A program made the translations under genes and the position numbers. A stretch of DNA of 25,096 bases from a virus (lineage: Duplodnaviria > Caudoviricetes). The notes beneath the pieces were generated by a model. The model had not been told where the DNA came from, searched no databases, and saw only the letters and a list, made by a program, of their open reading frames with translations. This document shows positions 1 through 9,900 of this stretch, piece by piece; position 1 is the stretch's first letter; the number at the start of each line of letters is the position of its first letter. Location of the stretch: IMG/VR virus record IMGVR_UViG_3300032323_001166, positions 1 to 25,096 of that record. The stretch is one strand, 5' to 3'.

Positions 1-1
1 A

Positions 2-421
2 GCTGATATTTTTACAAATGCGCCACAAAGTTTGATTGATATTTCGGATGAATTAATTGAAGATGATATATTCAAACCTTTAAGAATGTATAGACCTCCA
101 AATCCTGTCACCAAATATCTACATTTCTGGAACGGCAGTGAAAATTCACCACACCACGTTGATGCTATTGACGGCTCAGATTTAATGGTATTTCTTTACC
201 TAACTGAAGAAACCGAATGGAAAGAAGAATGGGGTGGGTATATTAATATTATGAAAGAAGTTAACTCTGAGATTACTGACACAAGAACAATTCTTCCAAA
301 TAATGGTGTAATGGTTTTAGTTAATAATTCAGCACCAATCTTTAAACACGGTATTCGTAATTTAATTAAACGTGATGTGAATAGATATACATTTATTTTT
401 CACTATACATGGACATATTAA
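2..421 (+). CDS. 2OG-Fe(II) oxygenase superfamily protein (prolyl-4-hydroxylase-like), 5'-truncated by window edge
   Basis: The frame is open from base 2 (GCT GAT ATT...), so the TTG at 32 is probably internal. It has an HxD motif (HHVDAID), then a hydrophobic strand (LMVFLYL), WKEEWGG, a distal His (FKHGI) and a C-terminal Arg (NRYTF). This is the standard DSBH 2OG-Fe(II) layout. Confidence 0.8.
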   Translation, partial: ADIFTNAPQSLIDISDELIEDDIFKPLRMYRPPNPVTKYLHFWNGSENSPHHVDAIDGSDLMVFLYLTEETEWKEEWGGYINIMKEVNSEITDTRTILPNNGVMVLVNNSAPIFKHGIRNLIKRDVNRYTFIFHYTWTY

Positions 422-427
422 TGTTTT

Positions 428-1456
428 ATGGAACTAATTATAAAACCGACCGAAAGGTGTAACTTTAAATGCACCTTTTGTTCGAGCACCAATATTACCG
501 AAGATAAGTCTGTTGAATTAGATCACGAATACATTTTTCGTTTTCTTGAAAGATATCCAGAAACCAATACCATCATAGTTAATGGTGGTGATCCGTTGAT
601 GATGCCTCCAGATTATTATTGGAAAATAATACATCACCTGGATGAAATAGATTCTCCCGCATCAATATCTTTTACAACAAATCTTTGGCCATTCTATAAA
701 AACCCAAACAAGTGGAAAGATTTATTCAATCATCCTAGAATGGGTATCGCCACATCTTTTCAATATGGTGGTGGTAGATTGAAAGGCGATCTATCTGAAT
801 TTACTGAAGAAGATTTTTGGAAATGTAGTGATGCTATGTTAAAACATTGCGGTTATAGACCAGATTTTATTAGTGTTATTACTGAAGAGAATGAACATCA
901 AGCTATCAAGAATGTAGAACTTGCTAAACGTATGGGTGTTGAATGTAAACTTAACTATGCAATGAGTAGTGGTCCCCCAGTTAAATTCAAAGGCATCATA
1001 ATGGGACAACAAGGTAAACCATATTTACTAGCAAACATCTATGAGATATATGTTGAGATATGGAAAAAAGAATTACATCCGTGGGAATTTAATACTAAAC
1101 AAATGATGAAACGTTTAATAGGACAATCAACTTGTTGTCCTCAAAATCGGGAATGTGATTCTACTATTAGAACACTTCAACCATCAGGTGATTATTATTC
1201 TTGCGGTGCTTTTGGTGATGATAGAGAGTATAGTATTGATTTTGACCAGGAAATGAAAGGTAAAAAAATATTTCCTATTAAGAATATTTTAGAGTTGCAA
1301 ACTATGACAGATGATTGTTACACTTGTCCTATGTTTGAAATATGCAATGGATGTAAAAAGACAATCAAAGACCATAAAACATATAATATGGCTTCTACGC
1401 ATTGTAAGAAAATGAAAACATTGGCACCTGATATTTTAAAAGCAAATGGAATATGA
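428..1456 (+). CDS. Radical SAM protein with SPASM domain (anSME/AslB-like)
   Basis: N-terminal KPTERCNFKCTFC (CxxxCxxC), GGDPLM (GGE-motif equivalent), TTNL. The C-terminus reads C-x5-C-x10-G-x4-C...C-x2-C-x5-C-x2-C...C. Confidence 0.92.
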   Translation: MELIIKPTERCNFKCTFCSSTNITEDKSVELDHEYIFRFLERYPETNTIIVNGGDPLMMPPDYYWKIIHHLDEIDSPASISFTTNLWPFYKNPNKWKDLFNHPRMGIATSFQYGGGRLKGDLSEFTEEDFWKCSDAMLKHCGYRPDFISVITEENEHQAIKNVELAKRMGVECKLNYAMSSGPPVKFKGIIMGQQGKPYLLANIYEIYVEIWKKELHPWEFNTKQMMKRLIGQSTCCPQNRECDSTIRTLQPSGDYYSCGAFGDDREYSIDFDQEMKGKKIFPIKNILELQTMTDDCYTCPMFEICNGCKKTIKDHKTYNMASTHCKKMKTLAPDILKANGI

Positions 1457-2379
1457 TACTCTCGATTAATCCTTGGTATTATTGCAATTTTAGATGCAAG
1501 TTTTGTTATCTTACCGAACAACAATTATCAGATAAAAAATTATTAGAATTAGATAGACTCAATGAAATTCTATCAGAAATTTCACAACACGAAAATATTG
1601 ATAAAGTTGATTTGTATGGTGGAGAATTAGGACTATTACCTAAACAATATTGGAATGATTTAATAACTCTTTTAAATGTGTATGGAATTGACGATATAAG
1701 TTTAATTACCAACTTATCAATGGTGAATGATATCACACTTGATGACAGAGTTTACACAACAGTTAGTTATGATTTTGATGCTAGAGAAGATTCTGAACGT
1801 GTGTTTAAAAACATGGCATTACTGAATAGACCTTTTTCTATATTAGTATTGGCTTCTCCAGATGTTATGAAACAAGATGTTGATGAAATGATTAACATGT
1901 TCAACATGCTTGATAATTTGGTTTCTGTTGAAATAAAACCTTATAGTTCAAATCAAGCAAACCAATTTGATGTTCCTTACACTTTATTTGAAGATTTTGT
2001 CAAAAAGTGGATACTTCATACTAATAAAAAATTTGAATTTGTAAATGAATCTTTATTAGATTCGGTATTAGATAAAACTCGAAACAGTTTTTCTGACGAT
2101 CACATTTACATTACTCCGGAAGGAAAATACGGTGTTTTGGAGTTTGATTTAAATGATAATGAATTCTTTTTAGAATATGATACTTTAGAGGAATATTGGC
2201 AATGGTGTGAAAAGGAAAAGCATAGAGTCGGGTTGAATAAATATTGTTCTAGTTGTGAGTATTATGGTAATTGTTTGTCTGAACATTTACGTGAAGTGAA
2301 GTCATTAGGAGAAAGTTGTAATGGATTTAAAAACCTTATAGATTGGTATAAAAATGATCGATTCGGAATGGAAAATTAG
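1453..2379 (+). CDS. Radical SAM protein with a degenerate SPASM-like C-terminal Cys cluster
   Basis: CNFRCKFC (CxxxCxxC), YGGE, ITNL. The C-terminus reads CSSCEYYGNCLSEH...C. ATGA overlap with the upstream gene (1453-1456). Confidence 0.88.
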   Translation: MILSINPWYYCNFRCKFCYLTEQQLSDKKLLELDRLNEILSEISQHENIDKVDLYGGELGLLPKQYWNDLITLLNVYGIDDISLITNLSMVNDITLDDRVYTTVSYDFDAREDSERVFKNMALLNRPFSILVLASPDVMKQDVDEMINMFNMLDNLVSVEIKPYSSNQANQFDVPYTLFEDFVKKWILHTNKKFEFVNESLLDSVLDKTRNSFSDDHIYITPEGKYGVLEFDLNDNEFFLEYDTLEEYWQWCEKEKHRVGLNKYCSSCEYYGNCLSEHLREVKSLGESCNGFKNLIDWYKNDRFGMEN

Positions 2380-2770
2380 GCAAGAGATATTTCATCGATT
2401 AAACACAAATCATGATGACGATTTAAAATTATATGATGTTGTTATTGATGAAGATATCATTCAAGCTTCTATAAAATATTTTAAGACCACAGAATTAGGA
2501 TGGGTATATCCAGCAAAAAGTTATGTTGTTGGTATATGTTATGCGAGATGGATTAGTGATTATTTTCAAGAAAGTTTTTATGAGGTCTTAGATGACCCTT
2601 CACTATTATATAATAATGATCCATATTTCGTGCCTTATAAAGACGATAAATATACTTATGATTGTATAATATCTCAGATAGGCTTAGACTTTGACGAATC
2701 ATGTGGTATTATACCAGATATTAAAAATTATTTTTTGAAAGAGTTTCAATTAGATGAATCATGGGTTTAA
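2354..2770 (+). CDS. Hypothetical protein (acidic, Tyr/Asp-rich) within the rSAM/2OG cluster
   Basis: 138-aa ORF overlapping both neighbours, with phage-like AT-rich codon usage. No motif recognised. Confidence 0.7.
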   Translation: MIDSEWKIRQEIFHRLNTNHDDDLKLYDVVIDEDIIQASIKYFKTTELGWVYPAKSYVVGICYARWISDYFQESFYEVLDDPSLLYNNDPYFVPYKDDKYTYDCIISQIGLDFDESCGIIPDIKNYFLKEFQLDESWV

Positions 2771-3329
2771 TGACTTTTGGCCAACAACATTTTATCGTGG
2801 TAAAATAGAAGATAATAAAATTTTAGAAGACTTGGCCAATGAATTTTTTTCTATAAGAAACTTCGACTCAAATTATTCTGAGAAGAATAGTTTTAATTTA
2901 TTCGATTTAAAAACAGACTCGGTTTTAAAATTTAAGAATGACATAGTTTATCCTGCGTTTAAACTATACTTGAGTAAAGTTTTTAATCAAAATATAGATG
3001 ATTTTCGATATAAGATGAAGTCTTGGTTTAACCAGTCTAGTCTACCTAGTCACAATCACTCTGGCGCACATTTAAGTGCAGTTTTTTATATTTTGTGTAG
3101 TAGCCAAGTAGATGAAGGAAATATCATATTTACGGATCCTAGAAGCAATTCGAATCGTGGATATCCGTTGAGTTTTCAAAATATTTTTCAACCGGTATTA
3201 TATCAACCGGTGATGGGAGACTTTATAGTTTTTCCTAGTTTTGTGTATCATTATGTTAGTGCTTGTTCGTCAACTCATAGATTATGTGTCCCAGTAGATT
3301 TATTTTTAGAAAACAAAAAGGTAAAATAG
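2754..3329 (+). CDS. Putative 2OG-Fe(II) oxygenase (TIGR02466-like phage family)
   Basis: SWFN...HNH-SGAHLSAVFY...F-x-DPR...P-x-x-GDFIVFPS-x-x-YH-x-V...R. This is the pattern of the HxH-type 2OG oxygenases that are common in T4-like phages. Confidence 0.85.
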   Translation: MNHGFNDFWPTTFYRGKIEDNKILEDLANEFFSIRNFDSNYSEKNSFNLFDLKTDSVLKFKNDIVYPAFKLYLSKVFNQNIDDFRYKMKSWFNQSSLPSHNHSGAHLSAVFYILCSSQVDEGNIIFTDPRSNSNRGYPLSFQNIFQPVLYQPVMGDFIVFPSFVYHYVSACSSTHRLCVPVDLFLENKKVK

Positions 3330-3342
3330 ACTACTTCGTTTG

Positions 3343-3350
3343 ACTAAATA
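3343..3350 (+). promoter_or_regulatory. T4-type late promoter-like box (ACTAAATA)
   Basis: Variant of the gp55-dependent TATAAATA box. It lies in the intergenic gap, upstream of an AGGAG SD (3361-3365) and the GTG at 3371, at the start of the structural module. Confidence 0.55.
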
Positions 3351-3370
3351 GACAATAAAAAGGAGTTATT

Positions 3371-3703
3371 GTGGCTGAATTTGTAGAACTGACATTAGAA
3401 CAAGGTGCGACTTTTAATACTGTCATCACGGTAAGTGATGGTACTGGAGTTAGTCAAAATCTATCTGGATATACTGCCAGATCACAAATGCGTAAATCGT
3501 ATTATTCTTCCACAAAACAAGACTTCACAGTTTCAGTTACATCACCTGGTAGTGGCGAAATCACCATGTCTATGAGTGCTGCTAACACCGCAAATTTAAC
3601 CGCAGGAAGATACGTATATGATGTAGAGATAGATAATGGAGCAGGTGCTATAACTCGAATATTTGAAGGTATTATAACAGTATTACCTAATGTCACGAGA
3701 TAA
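3371..3703 (+). CDS. Small beta-rich virion structural protein (tail-fibre/baseplate-associated)
   Basis: GTG start with a strong SD. LxLEQGATF...LSGYTARSQMRKSYYS...GRYVYDVEI...RIFEGIITVLPNVTR is a pattern recurrent in structural regions of T4-like phages. Confidence 0.75.
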   Translation: MAEFVELTLEQGATFNTVITVSDGTGVSQNLSGYTARSQMRKSYYSSTKQDFTVSVTSPGSGEITMSMSAANTANLTAGRYVYDVEIDNGAGAITRIFEGIITVLPNVTR

Positions 3704-3706
3704 AAA

Positions 3707-3910
3707 ATGCCAATACAAATTCAAGTAAAACCACAAAAGACAACAGTTGCATCGGTCACTGTTGCACAGACAGCAAATATTGCAATGCAACAGATATCAA
3801 ATGTTGTAGTTCCTAACAATATAGTTGATGGCCATGTATTAACATACGAAGCTTCTTCTGGTAAGTTTGTATTTAAAACTGTACCTCCTGTAACTGGCGG
3901 AACTTTCTAA
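3707..3910 (+). CDS. Small putative virion/fibre-associated protein
   Basis: 67 aa, packed between structural genes. It contains DGHVLTYEASSGKF and ends GGTF, motifs typical of phage fibre junction segments. Confidence 0.65.
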   Translation: MPIQIQVKPQKTTVASVTVAQTANIAMQQISNVVVPNNIVDGHVLTYEASSGKFVFKTVPPVTGGTF

Positions 3911-3911
3911 C

Positions 3912-6900
3912 GTGGCTACCTCATTAGTAATAAAATTTTCCGTAGCGAATAGTACTCCTACGTTTGGTAGTTTGTTTGCAGGTGAACAAGCTTATTCCTT
4001 TGTTTCGAATACATTGTTTATAGGCACTCCTGACGGTTCTGTACAGAATACTGGCGGTTATTTCTATACTCAAATTATAGATTCTAGAACAACTCAAGCA
4101 ATTCCAAATACACTAGTATTAAGAACCGCACAAGGTAATATTGTAGCTAATAATTTTGTTGGTACTGTAACGGGTAGTCTTTTTGGAACTGCAAATGCAG
4201 CTAGAACATTAGCAAACACCATTACAATGACTATTGCTGGTGATGCAAATGCTTTCATAACAACCAATGGTTCTGGTAATAATACGTATCAATTAACACT
4301 TAATACTACTGGTGTTGCAGCTGGAACTTACGGTGGAATTTCCAATATTCCGGTGTTCACGGTTGATTCGAAAGGTCGGTTAACTCAAGTATCTAATGTT
4401 GCTATTTCAATCGCCACTGAAGCATTCTCGATTAGTTCTTTTAATACTGCAAACAATGCTTTTGATAAGGCAAATGCTGCCTTTGAAGCTGCCAACGCAG
4501 CAACACCACAATTTTCTCAAAGTGCTTATAATACGGCTAATGCAGCCTTTATAACTGCGAATACTCCAAGTCATGTTGCAAATTCGGCAGCAGTATATGC
4601 TAACGGTGCATTTACAACTGCTAATAATGCAAATGCCGGATCGATAAGTGCTGGTATTTACGCTAATGCGGCATTTGCATTGGCTAATTCTTTTGGTGGT
4701 ACAACTGACGCATTAGCTAGAATTCGTGCAAATTCTTCTTTTGAACAAGCTAACGGTGCGAGTCAATACGCTAACTCAGCATTCAATCAAGCAAACATAG
4801 CATATTCATTAGCTAATTCAGTTTTTGCACCGACATTGGCAGCTCTCGAAACTGTAAATCTACTTGCATCAAATCAAGCAAACATTTCTTTTAATACGGC
4901 ATCGGTTGGTGCTAATGCCTCTGGCGCCTTTGATAAAGCAAATGCAGCCTTTGCAGCTGCGAATACAAAATTCAACACGACTGGTGGTACAATTACAGGT
5001 AACATGGTTGTTGCTGGTAATCTAACAGTCAGTGGAAATATAACGTATGTAAATACTAACGAGTTAAACATTGGTGATAATATTATCACACTCAATGCAG
5101 ATTTACCAACATCGACTGCACCAACACAAGATTCTGGTATAGAAGTTAATCGTGGTAGTTCTGCAAATGTGGCATTTAGATGGAGTGAATCTGCACGAAA
5201 ATGGCAGTACACAACCGATGGAACAGTTTACGATAATGTTGCTTCTGAACTAGCTGGGATATATGCCAATGCAGCATTCGCCAAGGCTAACACATCAATT
5301 TCTGATGCTGCGATTGCTGCTGGCGCAGCTGCAGCTGCCGAAGCTTTAGTTGCAACTGTTGATGGCAAGTTAAATGTATTAGATGCCAAAGCAAATACAA
5401 TTTTTGTACAAGCAAATACACCAAGTGGCACTGCAAACTCCGCAGCAATCTACGCAAATGCGGCTTTTGATAAAGCAAACTTAGCCGATCCTATTAGAAT
5501 TAATTTAGCATTTAATGCTGCAAATGCTTCTTTTGATACTGCGAATCTTGCGTTATCTACAGCAAGAAATTCTTCTAATGTTGCTAATGCTGCGAGTGAT
5601 GCAGCAAACAATGTTACTAATGCATATAATCAAGCGAATGCTTCTTTCAATACAGCCAACACGGCAAGAAGTATTGCTCTAGCTGCATTCGGTAAAGCAA
5701 ACACCGTTATCGATTTTGTGATGGGTAATTTGGCAATGAACATTGCTAATGCTGCAAGTATAACGGCTAATTATGCGAGTGATAGGGCAAATTACGCATC
5801 TGACGTAGCTAATACTCTGGTTTTTCCAGTAGGTCAGACTGCGAATATTGCAATTAATCTTGCTAGCTATGCTTCTAATACTTCTAATGAAGCTATTGTT
5901 CGAATTTCTGCCACAGAAAATCTTTCGTATTTTGCTGCTAATACAGCTAACTTAGCTTTACAAACTGCTAATGGAAAATTATCATCTTCGGGTGGAACAA
6001 TATCCGGAGATTTGCGAGTCGATGGTAATGTAACTTTTAATGGTTCATCTGCAACACTTGATGTATCTACATTAAGAATTCGAGACGATCAAATTGATTT
6101 AGCTTATAATCAATCAGGTGTACCAACACAAAATGTAGGATTTAGAGTTATACGTGGAGATGAAGCTCCTGTACAATTGCGATGGAATGAATCTGATAAT
6201 CAGTGGGAATTTACTAACGATGGTATAACATTTAATGCCTTAGGTTCCGGTATTGCTGTTGCCGCTAATACAGCTAATGCATCTTTTATTACCGCTAATT
6301 CTGCTACCATATATGCTAACGCTGCTTTCATATCATCTAATTCTGCAGCAGTATATGCTAATGCTTCTTTCATTACTGCTAATTCAGCCGCAATATATTC
6401 TAATGCCGCCTTTGAAGTAGCCAATTCAGCAGCAACTTATTCTAACTCTTCATTTGCAGTATCTAATTCAGCTGCAATATACGCCAATAGTTCTTTTGGA
6501 GTAGCTAATTCTGCTGCAATATATTCTAATGCTGCTTTCATAGCATCTAATTCGGCAGCAGTATATGCTAACGGGGCATTCACAGCTGCAAACGGTAAGT
6601 TTAGTAGTTCGGGTGGCACAATAACGGGTAATGTAATTATTACTGGAGACTTAGGTCTTGTTTCTAACACTATACTATTAAACTCTGATTTAGATTCTTT
6701 AGCTATTCCATTTGAAGATTCTGGAATTAAAGTCAACCGTGGTACTGCACTAAATGTAGCTTTACTGTGGAATGAAACTGTAGATAGTTGGCAGCTTACT
6801 GATGATGGTGTCAACTATGCAAACATAGCATTAGAATCTGCTGATGTATATTCAAATGCTGCGTACACAATTGCTAACAATGCATTCTTACAAGCAAATG

Positions 6901-9900
6901 CATCTTTCTTCCACGCAAATGCTGGATTCGAAGTTGCTAATAGTGCAGGTTTCTATGCCAACGGTGCCTTTACAGGTGCAAACACCGCAAATACAAATGC
7001 AATAAACACAAGTAGATATGCTAACAGTGCATATGCAGTTGCTAATAGTGCATCTATTTACGCTAATGGTGCATTCACAGCCGCTAATACAGCTGACGTA
7101 AAAGGTACTAGTGCCGGTCATTATGCCAATGGCGCATTCACAACCGCAAATACCGCACTCGATAAAGCCACAAGTGGTAGTAACTACGCCAACGCTGCAT
7201 TTACAACTGCTAATACAGCAGACGACAGATCAATATCGGGTTCTAATTATGCCAACGGTTCCTTTACTGCTGCTAATACTGCTGATAGTAAAGCTGTAAA
7301 TTCAGGTCATTACGCTAACGCTGCATTTACAACTGCTAATACAGCTGATGATAGAAGTACTAGTGCTGCGAATTATGCCAACTCTTCTTTCCTTGCTGCC
7401 AATACCGCAGATACTAAAGCAACAAGTGCTGGTAATTATTCCAACGCAGCATTCACATCAGCTAACACGGCAGATGATAAAGGTTCTAGTGCAGGTTTCT
7501 ATGCTAATGGTGCATTCTTAGCAGCTAATACTGCTGACAGTAAAGCAATAATTGCTGGTAACTACGCTAATAGTTCTTTCATGGTTGCTAACGCTGGTGG
7601 TATAATTGCTGTCAGTGCGAGTAGTTACGCTAATGCGGCATTCATAAGTGCAAACACCGCAGATGCTAAAGCAGTCGAAGCAAGTAACTATGCCAATGGT
7701 GCTTTCACAGCCGCAAATACGGCTGATGCAAAAGGTACTAGTGCTGGTAATTATGCTAATGCCTCTTTCACCAAGGCAAATACTGCGGATACTAATGCTT
7801 CTACAGCAGACGGTAAGGCCATCAACGCTGGTAATTACGCTAATGCTGCGTTCACTGCCGCCAATGCCAAATTCAGTTCTACTGGTGGTATAATTACTGG
7901 ATTTGCCGATATAACAGCTAATCTATCGGTCAATACATTTATAGATATTAACACTACATTACCTGCACCTTCACAAAAAGAAGGTAGATTATTTTATGAT
8001 TCTGAAAGTAAATCTTTAGCTTATTTTAATGACAGTACAGATTATGTACATATAGCTCAAGATTCTGTAACAAGAGTTTGGAACAATACAGCAAGTACAA
8101 TTGCTAGAGCTCAATGCGTATTCATTTCAGGCGTATCTTCAGCAAATGGATTTCCAAGTGTTAAATTGGCTAGTGCGAATAATGCAGCAAATTCTGAAGT
8201 TATCGGATTAACCACTACTTCAATACCAGCAGGAGGTTATGGATTTGTAAAATCTTCCGGAAGACTTGAGGATTTAAACACCGCTACTCTAACTGAAGGT
8301 GCTGAGTTATTTTTATCAGATACTCCTGGTGCTTTCACCGATACAGTTCCATCATCTCCTAGTGTTCCATTAAACATAGGTTATGTTGCAAAATCAGATG
8401 CAATTCAAGGTGTCATATTAATCAATATTCATTTGATGGAAGGTAGCAACAAACAAGATGGTTCTATTCTCTTTGCTCGTGACTCTAAGATCGATCAAGA
8501 TAATCAACAGTTACATTGGGACTATGCTAACAATCGATTAGGTATTGGAACACAAACACCAACAGCAAACCTTCATGTTTCTGGTGATGGATTGTTTACT
8601 GGAAATGTTGTTATTTCTGGCAATTTAACCATCAGTAATGCACAGTCAATTGTAACACAAACCTTAGATGTTGGTGGTAACTTAATAGTTTTAAATGCTA
8701 ACACTCCAGGATCACCTACAGCTAATGCTGAAATAAGAGTTCACCGTGGTACTTCTGATAATGTTTATATAAAATGGGACGAGTCTATTAATGAATGGAT
8801 TATGTTTGAAGATGCTGGGTATCCATCAGGACATATTTTACATTCAGAAAAAACAGCGCATACTTGGGACATGTATGCTGCTATGGCCACATATGAAAAA
8901 TTAACTCATCCTGTTGGTGCTAATTTATCTAATGCTACAAACGAATTAGCAAAAACTGCAAATACAATTGCATATATTTCTCAAGATATTGCGATATCTT
9001 CTTTCTTAAAAACTAACGCATCTTTTATACACGCAAACTTATCTTTTGATAAAGCGAATAGTGCGTTTAGTGACGCAGCAAATGCTGATGTTAAATCTGT
9101 TAATGCTGGTAACTATGCTAATGCTGCATTCAGTAAATCAAACACAAATGCAAGTGATATTACAACAGTATCTTATTATACAAATTCGGCATTCTCTGTA
9201 GCTAACACGGCTAGTTCCACATCTATTAGTGCTGGTAATTATGCTAATGCTGCCTTTGCTTTAGCAAACAGTGGCGGTGCAGGTGCAACTCCATTCTACG
9301 CTAACGCTGCCTTTGCTGCCGCTAACACCGCAGATGCTAAAGCTGTTGAAGCAAGTAATTACGCTAATGGTGCATTCGCAGCCGCTAATACGGCAGATGT
9401 AAAAGGTACTAGTGCTGGTAACTATGCTAATGGTTCCTTTACTGCTGCAAACACCGCAGACGCTAAAGCAGTAAATGCTGGTAATTACGCCAACGCTGCC
9501 TTTGCTTTAGCGAACACAGGAGGTTCAGGTGCAACTCCATTCTATGCTAATGCAGCTTTCTCTAAGGCGAATACTGCCGATATCAATGCTATTGAAGCTG
9601 GTCGTTATGCCAATGCAGCATTCTTAACAGCTAACACCGCAGATGACAGAAGTATCAGTGCTGCAAATTATGCCAATGGTTCGTTCACATCAGCAAACAC
9701 TGCGGATACTAAGGCAGTTAATGCAGGTCATTACGCTAACGCTTCATTTACAACTGCTAACACTGCCGATGCAAAAGGCACTAGTGCTGGAAATTATGCC
9801 AATGGTGCATTCGCACAATCAAACACAGCAACAACTAATGCTTCGACCGCTGATGGTAAAGCAGTCAGTGCTAGTAACTATGCTAATGGTGCATTCACTA

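Noticed and set aside
32-34. TTG start for the first ORF
   Set aside because: The frame stays open to the window edge and no SD precedes it, so the true start is probably upstream.
3327-3350. Possible UUCG terminator hairpin after the 2OG gene
   Set aside because: The flanks of CTTCG are not complementary enough to form a stem.
3707-3910. 67-aa ORF as RiPP precursor for the rSAM cluster
   Set aside because: It has no Cys or Trp or leader/core pattern, carries fibre-type motifs, and lies downstream of the late promoter in the structural unit.
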